Assembly: GCF_006345805.1 (NCBI RefSeq) | Contig: NC_043009.1 | Span: 16,306,001 to 16,370,000 of the forward strand | Source of the DNA: Octopus sinensis | Taxonomy: Eukaryota | DNA: 64,000 nt | Reading direction: 5' to 3' | In this document: piece after piece, positions 53,663 through 64,000 of the stretch | How positions within the stretch are numbered: position 1 is the first letter of the stretch | Layout of the letters: each line of letters begins with the position of its first letter | The notes under the pieces: model-generated | What the model saw: the letters and a program-made list of their open reading frames with translations, nothing else | Told to the model about the DNA's origin: nothing | Databases searched by the model: none | Program-made: the position numbers and the translations under genes

Positions 53663-53715
<53 letters not shown>

Positions 53716-53765
53716 GGAAGAAGAAGAAGAAGAACTGCAACAACAACAACAACAACAACAACAAA
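53438..53765. repeat. (AAG)/(GAG)/(AAC) compound microsatellite
   Basis: Direct reading. Confidence 0.97.
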
Positions 53766-53769
53766 AAGA

Positions 53770-55084
53770 AGTCCAATATAGTTTTAACATCATTAACTGG
53801 AATCTTACAGAGCTTCAACGCCTGGACAGGAAGATAAGAAAACTAATAACTACTAACATGCACCACCCAAAAGCGGATGTTGATCGTCTGTACCTACCTA
53901 GAAGTAATGGGGGAAGAGGAATGATGTAGGTAGAACTGTGCTATAAGACCTTCACAATAGCAATGGGCAGATAATTATACAGTACAGAGGACCAGACGCT
54001 GCAGCTTGAATGCAAACACGAAAGCAGTAAAACATCACATTCTATTGTCAAGGAAGCTTACAAATTCGCAAGGGACCTTGGCATTAATCCTGAAATATTT
54101 GAAGAACCTGAAACCACAAAGCAAGTAAAATGGATCGAGCAGACTGGAAAAAAGAATGGGCAGAAACAGACTGAGGAACGGTGAAGCCAGAAGCCTCTGC
54201 ATGGACCTATGTACTTCGAAGTCGAAATGTTGATGTAGATCAAGCAACAACTCATCAGTGGCTGAAAAGTTGAGGACTGAAAGCAGAGACTAAAGATTTC
54301 ATATTGGCGGCACAATATCAAAGCTTGCTTACAAAAACTACCAGGCTAACGTTCTTAAAAACGGTTCTGACTCTAAATGCAGATTCTGCGACACATATGA
54401 TGGAACACTAGACTATCTCGTCTCGAAATGTTCCGTGCTGACCCCAAACGAATACAAAAATCGCCACAATAGGGAAGGACAGTATCTATACTGAAAAGTG
54501 TGTAAACACAACAAAATCAGAACTCCTGCTTACTGGTATGAACATCATCCTGAGTCAGTCGTTGAAGGTAAAAATATCACTATCCCCTGGGATTTTCCAG
54601 TCAACACTGATAGAACGATCCAGGCTAATTGACCAGACATAATTATTAAAGACAGAGGAGTAAATACTTGTAGACTAATAGATGTAAGTGTTCCCACTGA
54701 TAAAAATATAACTGTCAAGGACTTTAACAAACTAAGTAAATATAAGTACGTGGGAATTGAAATACAAAAGATGTAGTATCTTAAAACGAGAACTGTTCTT
54801 GTTATTGCTGGTGCCCTAGGTATTGTAAAAGAAAGAGATGTCAGAAACATCTAGATAGGATCCCAGGAAAACCATGTCTTAGAGAAATCCAAAAGATTGT
54901 ACTAACAAGTACTGCCCACATCCTTAGAAAAACCTTATCCATTTAAATGCCATGAAGATAATTCGCTACTTCCTCTCCCCAAGTTTTCAGTCTCACTGTA
55001 ACATCTTTTATCCTTCACTCGCCCCAAGACACTGGGTGTATCTCAGCAAATGACTGTAACAAACATGCAGATTAAAAGTAAGAA

Positions 55085-55086
<2 letters not shown>
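53770..55086 (+). mobile_element. 5'-truncated R4/Dong-type element, pseudogenised, ending in (TAA)n
   Basis: YSFNIINWNLTELQRLDRK..HHPKADVDRLYLPRSNGGRG, THQWLK, CRFC, HPESVVEG, LIDVSVP, IAGALG, STAHILRKTLSI*. Same subfamily as the 33.65-34.09 kb piece. Confidence 0.93.
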
Positions 55087-55167
<81 letters not shown>

Positions 55168-55183
55168 TAATAATAATAATAAT

Positions 55184-55417
55184 TACACGTACATTACACT
55201 GGTACATTACACGTATGAGAAGAGCATTGTCGATGTGAGAACTATTACTACCCATGTATTTTAATTTAACTTTATTTCTATCAAAAAAAAAATGAACGAA
55301 CTAGTGAGTTTAGTTTAATGACCTACCAATGTATACTATGAGTTTCTTTGCCCTAGGAGTCGGGAAGACACTCGGCAAGAAATGAAAGCAGATTTGAAAG
55401 AAGAAGAAAAACTCATA

Positions 55418-55460
<43 letters not shown>

Positions 55461-55481
55461 TAATAATAATAATAATAATAA

Positions 55482-55540
<59 letters not shown>

Positions 55541-55791
55541 TAATAATAATAATAATTACACGTACATTACACTGGTACATTACACGTATTGAGAAGAGCA
55601 TTGTCGATGTGAGAACTATTACTACCCATGTATTTTAATTTAACTTTATTTCTATCAAAAAAAAAATGAACGAACTAGTGAGTTTAGTTTAATGACCTAC
55701 CAATGTATACTATGAGTTTCTTTGCCCTAGGAGTCGGGAAGACACTCGGCAAGAAATGAAAGCAGATTTGAAAGAAGAAGAAAAACTCATA
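55184..55791 (+). mobile_element. tandem pair of ~230-bp R4/Dong 3' ends separated by (TAA)n
   Basis: Units 55184-55417 and 55557-55791 are near-identical and match the 3' end of the 31.1-32.0 kb element. Confidence 0.92.
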
Positions 55792-55875
<84 letters not shown>

Positions 55876-56624
55876 TTCTACTTTGGGCACAAGGCCTGAA
55901 ATTTGGAGAAATGGATTAAGTCGATTACATCGACTCCCGAAAAGGAGAAGGAGAAGGAGGGGGATAATGACAACGATGATGAAGAGGATTTGTCATGTAG
56001 GGAAAAGATGAATTTCTTTGCAGAATAAATCGATGGAAATCGACTCAAATCAAGTATTTTATCGATCCGATGGATAATGAAAGATGAAGTGCACTCAAGT
56101 CCATAGTGCAAGGAGTAATGACTAAATATTGGACAGACATACAACAAGGCTGAATCATCTCTGATAATGATTTCTTACATTTATGTAATCCCAGAAGTTG
56201 TGACGGAAAAACAACGTTCAATAGAAACGATCCTATGTTACTTGTTACTTTATTGACTTTTGAGACCTAAAAATCATCGCAGTTGGATATAAACTCAGAA
56301 TGTAATATGATGTATCCTTCTTTAAAAACTCAAGTAAATATCTTTTTTAATACTGCTAGAAGTTTAGGTCAGCGTTTTACTGATTCAATTACAATATTGC
56401 CATTTGGAATGATTGATTACATTAGCAATCGGCCATACATATGTGAAGAACTGATATTTGAATTAAGCTTCGTACATGCTCTAATCCATCACGCCCACCA
56501 CTGGAGGATCATAAAGTTGATCCAGACAGGATCTCAAATTAGAAGAGATACCTGCAAAACTGAATATTATGTAATTTGTAGTCTAGTGTTCTTTCATCCT
56601 TACCTAATAATACAATTATAATAT

Positions 56625-56840
56625 CCTTTCTACTATAGCAACAGGGAGTGAAATTTTGCGGGAAGGGCGTTAATCGATTACATCGACCCCAATTCTCGAC
56701 TGGTGCTTATTTTATCGAAACCGAAAAGATGAAAGGCAAAGCCAAGCTCGGTAGAATTTGAGCTCAGACCTTAAAGACGGGCGAAAGACCTCTAAGCATT
56801 TTGCACAGCTCTGTAACGATTCTGCCAGCTCGCTGCCCTC
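56625..56840 (-). mobile_element. SINE family B
   Basis: Reverse-complement full copy; further copies at about 55875-55940, 58800-58935 (-) and 61420-61520 (+). Confidence 0.85.
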
Positions 56841-57139
56841 TGCAAAAATAATAATATCGGTAATTGAAAATGGTGGAGTTGTATTGTGGTGTTTAATGGC
56901 GTCCATTTACTTTATCAGTTGAAATCACCCCAAACAGCGACAAGTAGTGAGATCTATTTAATTGACTTTGACCTTCACCCAACATATTTATTGCTAACGC
57001 TATCATGGTGATAATGATTTTGATTAGTTCTTTAATATTTACTGGATCCTGAAAGGGTGGAGGAAATATGAATGTACATCAAAAATGTTAAACAATTGCA
57101 AGGTTCCATTAAACGGTTCACAACAAAAGACATACAAAC

Positions 57140-57515
57140 ATACATACATACATAATTCATACATACATACATACACACATACATACATGCATACATACAT
57201 GCATACATACATAATACATACATAATACATACATACACACACATACACACACACATACGTACATACATACATACATACATATATACATACATACATACAT
57301 GCATACATACATACATACATACATACATACATGCATACATACATACATACATGCATACATACATACATACATGCATACATACATACATACATACATGCAT
57401 ACATACATACATACATACATACATACATACATACATACATACATGCATACATACATACATACATACATACATACATACATACATACATACATACATACAT
57501 ACATACATACATACA
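57140..57515. repeat. (TACA)n microsatellite with TGCA variants
   Basis: Direct reading. Confidence 0.98.
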
Positions 57516-59334
57516 GTTATAAGTATCATACTCACCTCCATAATTTATACTTAAATTTTATTTTTCACATTTGGCTAGGAACGTTTGAGGGTTTTATAAA
57601 GTTATTAGACACTCAAAAAAACTTTAGTGGAATTCGTACTTCCCTGGGGGTGTTACTTTGTTAGAGTGGGTTGTTAAAGATATAAAGATGTTGTAATTGT
57701 GTACTACTATGATATTTCTAGTTTTCTCTACAGCAGTTTATATACAAGAGTTTTGATTAAAATGTGATGCGTTTATTGAAGTATTATCGAAGATACCCTT
57801 TGACATTGATTTAAGATTAATTGGCGATGTATTCCAGAGAGGCGGTTTGTGGTGGAGGATGTGATGTTTAAACACTTATTAGATTAATAATCTGATTACT
57901 GGAAAAAATATTATAACCTCACAACTGTTGTAATTTATCATATTAAGTAATGTTTTACGGATTTTGTTCAATAATGGCTGTTGTTTACCTCCAAAGGCAA
58001 ACTTGTGATAAAAAGTGTTTCAGCAGTGATCGTCATGTATTTTTCTATATCAAAACACTTTACTGTCCAGGGAAACTTTTCCGCTTGTAACATAATGGCG
58101 AACGATCTTTGAAATATTTAGCAGCTATTTCTACCCTCATTTTCTCAGTAGTCATCCATTTTGCTTGATTTTTATCTTGTATACTTGTTACTGCAATTAG
58201 TTTTGCGATCTCGTGATGTTTGGTGCAGTGAGCGGTGTCTCCCTGCTCTGTTCGTCACGTTGTGTATGTCACAAGGTCGACATTGTAGTCTGACGTTTAC
58301 GACCTTATTTCAGAGAAAATTGATATTTGTAGTTTCTCCGATTTACAGTTGAGGAAAATATATTGAAGAATCGAATTTCATGTAGCAGCTGTTGTTCATT
58401 GTCTTTAGACGGATCAATGGTGGAACAGCTTGTTCAATAGTCTGAAATACATGTGGGTACATATTTTATGGATATGCATGTGTATGCATGCGTTTCTGGG
58501 TATCTCTTAGTATTTGTGTATAGCTTTGTGTTTACGAGTACCTATGCTTATGGTTGTATTTTTGAAGTGTATATATGCGTGTAAATGAATCAGTGGTTCG
58601 TGTAAGATATAAGTACAATAATCAGGTGTAACCACTAATGGCGAGACACCGTGGAAACTTCTTTGCAGTCGTTCGATCTGCAAGAGAAAGTAGTCAAATC
58701 TGGTGAACTAAGAGGCTACTGTTCTAAAATTGGTAAGTTACATTGGAAACCTTAGTCTTTGAAAAGTAAGACGGGATAATCAAGGCTGGAAAGTCTTTGA
58801 TATCGACACCAGGAGGATGAAAGGCAAAGTCGATCTCGGCGGAATTTGAACAAAGAAACTCAAGACATAAATACGGTCGAAGTGCCGCTTATCATTTTGC
58901 CCAGCGTGCTAACGATTCTGCCTACTTGCTGCCTTGAGGCTTATAAAAATTTTTTGGTTGAGCAGTTATTATTACATTAGTGAATTTTTTTTATTATTAC
59001 ATTAGTAAAATCACAACGTGAGGTGCTTATGATAAGACAATATAGAAAGAAAAAGAAGGAAAGAGAGTGACAGAGGCCAGGGGAAAGAAAATGAACACAA
59101 AAGGAAAGGAAATATACTGGATAGGAAAGAGTTTGAAAGAAAGAAGTTAGGAAAGATAATAAGAAATGCCTTATTGAATGTATCACAATATCACAACGGA
59201 AGTAAACGATACGATAAATATTATTTCTAGAGAGGATATTTTTATTAGGGAGAGAGTGAAAAAGGAAAAGGTATGAAACGGAAGTGTAAGACATCGCGGC
59301 TATAAAAGAGGCCAAAAGCTGAAAAAGAAGAGAG

Positions 59335-59702
59335 AGAGCAAGAGAAAGTAGGAGAGAGAAGAAGAAAAAGTAGGAGAGAGAAGAAGAGAAAGTAGGAGAG
59401 AGAACAAGAGAAAGTGGGAGAGAGAACAAGAGAAAGTGGGAGAGAGAACAAGAGAAAGTAGGAGAGAGAAGAAGAGAAAATAGGAGAGAGAGCAAGAGAA
59501 AGTAGGAGAGAGAACAAGAGAAAGTAGGAGAGAGAACAAGAGAAAGTAGGAGAGAGAAAGTAGGAGAGAGAACAAGAGAAAGTAGGAGAGAGAACAAGAG
59601 AAAGTAGGGGAGAGAACAAGAGAAAGTGGGAGAGAGAACAAGAGAAAGTGGGAGAGAGAAGAGGAGAAAGTAGGAGAGAGAAGAAGAGAAAGTAGGAGAG
59701 AG
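59335..59702. repeat. 22-bp purine-rich minisatellite, about 16-17 copies
   Basis: Unit agagaaagtaggagagagaaca with minor variants. Confidence 0.92.
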
Positions 59703-60050
59703 GGTTAAAAGCAGGAAAGAAGAGAATGTACGAAGGAAAGTGCACAAGACACTTGGGAGATATTTATTAATACGGTAAGAATAATGAAGAAATTGTCTGT
59801 TCTAATAGAACAGACAATTCCTTCATTATAGACATTGCCTTATAAACAGACAATAGGTGTAGTAAATTAACCTTACCTTATCTTTCTAATATAAAAAGTT
59901 AATGTAAGGTTAATTTGGAACGTGTAAAAGGAGAGGAAGAACGGAAGGTAAACGACTGGGAAATAAAGTCTTGAAAAACAGAGCGTCAGAGTGAGAGATG
60001 TGCATGTATGCGTGTGTTTGTGTTTGTACGTGTGTGTGTGTGTGTGTGTG

Positions 60051-60096
<46 letters not shown>

Positions 60097-61918
60097 ACTT
60101 GGAAAATACAGTAATAAATAATTATGGAAAGAAAGAGGGTAAGAAAGCTAGCTTAAAGGGAGAAGGAAGTCCAAGCAATTCCCCTAATTTTCCGTTCTTA
60201 TTTCTCACCATTTTCTCTCCCTTCTCCACAAGCAGTATTTTTCACAAACATACACACGGGTTTTTCTGGCCAAGAAATGATATCTGTTAGATCCAATTGA
60301 GGATATAATTATAAAGGTGGGTCCTCCTTCTTCTGAAAGCATTAGCTGTCGTTTCTATAATTTTTTACGTGATGATATCAGACATGTACGGAGTTTGATG
60401 TGATATGTATTTGGCTAGCAAATAGCTTTTGATTCATTTTGTTTTTCATTGTTTCATGTTATTTCTGACTTTTATTTATTTTTCTTTAGCTTTTGGGCGA
60501 AAATACAGTCTAAGAAGACGTTTATGTTTGCCCCATCAAATATCGATATGGGACAAGCAAAATTTTTCCTCTTTTCGATTTCCTGAATCTATAAATTTAT
60601 TATAAAAGTATGAGGTCCAATTTACCAACCCCATTGTTGTTGTATACCCAAGGATTTTCATATTTGAAAGTTTTCCTAATTCTTGCACATTGATTTCCAC
60701 ATTGATATATACATATATAGTTTTATATATGCTGATAAGAAGTTATGGTTCAAAAATTGAATAAAAACACTGAATTAAAAAAATGTTTCACTTCATGCCA
60801 TTTTTACACATACACACACGCGCGCACACACACACACACCTGAGGAAGTGAATTTATATATTCAGTTATGATTTCAAACCTTAAGATGAGATTAGAGAAG
60901 GTAGGATGCTGACCAACAGTTGTTTTTATTTACTCCCACTTAAACATAGATGTTCCGTTCGAACAAACTTTACTGTGGTAGATACTACGAGAGAAACTTA
61001 TCATATAGGACTTTGGTGCAAAATGCCCACTTTGTTTATATCGGCAGCGGGGAGATAAATCCCTACCAACTCCAGCGTCGAGATTTCGTAATTTCAATCT
61101 TCCTTGATGTCATCGGTGATGGATGCTCGATCCCTAGAGATAGCAGTGACTCAACTCCCCGCAAGTTATATATAATGATTACCCAGTTAGCTTATTCAAA
61201 AATATATATTAGCGACAGAGGCGATATTAATACCGAGAGGTAATATTTAGTCGCACGATCTGTTAGAACAAACTGTATTGCGATAGATACCATGAAAGAA
61301 ACTCTCATATAAGCTTTTCTTGCATATATTAGCGAGAGGCAGTATTTTTGAACAACCTAAAGATTGTTAAGTAATAGTTACCTAAACTTTAAATGGAACA
61401 GACATTTCTTCGTTATTTCGCCATGGTCGACTTAGCCTTTCATCCTATCGGTGTCGATAAATTAAGTACCAGTTGCGACTGGCCCCGCCCCAAAAATTTC
61501 GGGCCTTGTCCTTGAGTAGAAAAAAAATTTCTTCATTATAGACACTGCCTTATAAACCGATAATTGGGATAGTAATTTTCAGGTATTGCTTCTCTCATGG
61601 ATACTAACAAATGGTGTCAATTTCTTAGTATCCAAATTTTGCGACAGACCTTTATTGAATTTTACTGAAACGACCACATACACAAACACACAGACACACT
61701 CACACACAAACACGCATAAACACACAAGCACTCACACACACACTGACTCACATTAATATAATTGCAGTTTTATATAGTTTCTCTTGATTATGTGTCCCTC
61801 TATTAGAAAAGGCAGTTTCTTCAATAATATTCATAAATGTCTAGTATTTTACAGCCCTTCCTCCCACACGAACTTTCTATTTGCTTCCTACTCGCTATGC
61901 TCCTTCCTCTTGTCGGGC

Positions 61919-61954
<36 letters not shown>

Positions 61955-62440
61955 CCTCTCTCTCTCTCTCTCCCACACTTTTTCTCTCTCTTCTTTTTCT
62001 TCTTCTTCTGGGCAGATTTTCTAGTTGTTTTCCCATCCGCTTCTTAAAAAATATATAGTCTCTATAATTATAACTTTAATGAATTATTTGGCACCCCAGA
62101 AACCGAAGTACTCCTTGCCAACCCTACTTTCTATCTTTCTTTTCTCTTTCATTCTTTCCTCCTTTCCTCATATCAAGATATTTCTTCATATTTTCTTTCT
62201 CTTCATTGTCTCCTCCTTTCCCTCTATTCCCTCGCCTTAATCCACTGTTTTTTCTCTCTAAGTCCTTCTATCTTTCAATGGCATAATGATTTACCTTGTT
62301 ATCTTGTCCACGAGTCAGATTCAAGCTTATATTCGGAACTAAGAGTCTTATTAGTTTTGAACTTTGCTTTTGCAACCGTTTCAACTTGTAAATTAAATGC
62401 AAAGTAGTTATGTGTTACTCGGTATAAACAAAGGTGAAAG

Positions 62441-62522
<82 letters not shown>

Positions 62523-62530
62523 TGTGACCT

Positions 62531-62739
62531 TTCAAAATGTGACCTCGTGTGTACCGTTGGCGATTTTTTTCCTCTGTCTTCCCTTCTCGGGATCTTTCCT
62601 TCTCCTATTTTTCCGACGAAGAGCTCCGCTCGAAACGTTAAACCCTCCTTCTTCCCTTCTTTCCTGAGCGTCCAATAATACTTTATTTGTTCCACGTCCT
62701 CGCGTTGTTGTGTTTTTTTGTGCTTTCTTGTTTGGATTA

Positions 62740-62742
<3 letters not shown>
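62531..62742 (+). mobile_element. second copy of the ~210-bp hammerhead-bearing element
   Basis: Homologous end to end to 29653-29860 (-); hammerhead at 62609-62643 with core CCGACGA (U4C). Confidence 0.88.
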
Positions 62743-63590
<848 letters not shown>

Positions 63591-64000
63591 TAACCGCTAG
63601 GCATTTGTCCGACGCACCAATAATTCTGCCTGCTCGATGCCTTCTTCCAAAATATAAGTATGAGATCAATTATACCATTATACAAAACCTGAGGCCAGGA
63701 TTATCCGCAAAAAAAATGAATGACTTTTCATATCCACGATTCAGGATCTAATCTCAGAAGGAAATGTTAAAATCTGAAACCATCAATATATTTTGCAAAG
63801 GGTTCATGATTAAATTATCGAAATATTTAAAACATTTACATTTAGCAGAAATCTTGGTAAAACATTGTGACTCTGTTCGTCTTCCATACATTTTGGAATT
63901 GTTAATTAAAAAATAACGTGGAAACACGTTGTGTGGGGATGGTATACAGACAGACAGACAAAGAAAGGACGAAATAAAGAAAGAAAGAAAGAACGAAAGA

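Noticed and set aside
58977-59747. 256-aa Leu/Ser/Phe-rich ORF
   Set aside because: Stop-free pyrimidine strand of the 22-bp minisatellite.
60950-61243. 97-aa ORF (also 56283-56621, 112 aa)
   Set aside because: No recognisable domain or splice structure; lengths are compatible with chance.

Overview
Eukaryotic, AT-rich, repeat-saturated DNA. The SINE families match octopus families as I recall them, so a cephalopod (Octopus) source is inferred, not proven. I find no intact host protein-coding gene; nearly all ORF-track entries are microsatellite or transposon read-through. The window holds about 30 tRNA-derived SINE copies, many microsatellites, and several 5'-truncated R4/Dong-type (restriction-like endonuclease) non-LTR elements, most embedded in (TAA)n. 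It also has CR1/L2-type RT relics, a near-full-length mariner pseudo-element with TIRs, a Chapaev-like transposase relic, a hAT-like MITE and candidate solo LTRs. The main unexplained signal is a scattered set of type I hammerhead-ribozyme motifs: CUGANGA - stem II - GAAA - palindromic stem III - NUH - stem I. They occur at 2.4, 12.1, 15.6 and 29.8 kb (core intact), 46.6 and 62.6 kb (single lesion), and in decayed form at 9.5-10.3 kb (three copies in a ~480-bp tandem/inverted array) and 21.3/22.3 kb. They sit in several unrelated short non-coding repeat families, often as tandem or inverted copies, which is the known signature of Penelope-like element termini and retrozymes. All folds were done by eye and none is tested.
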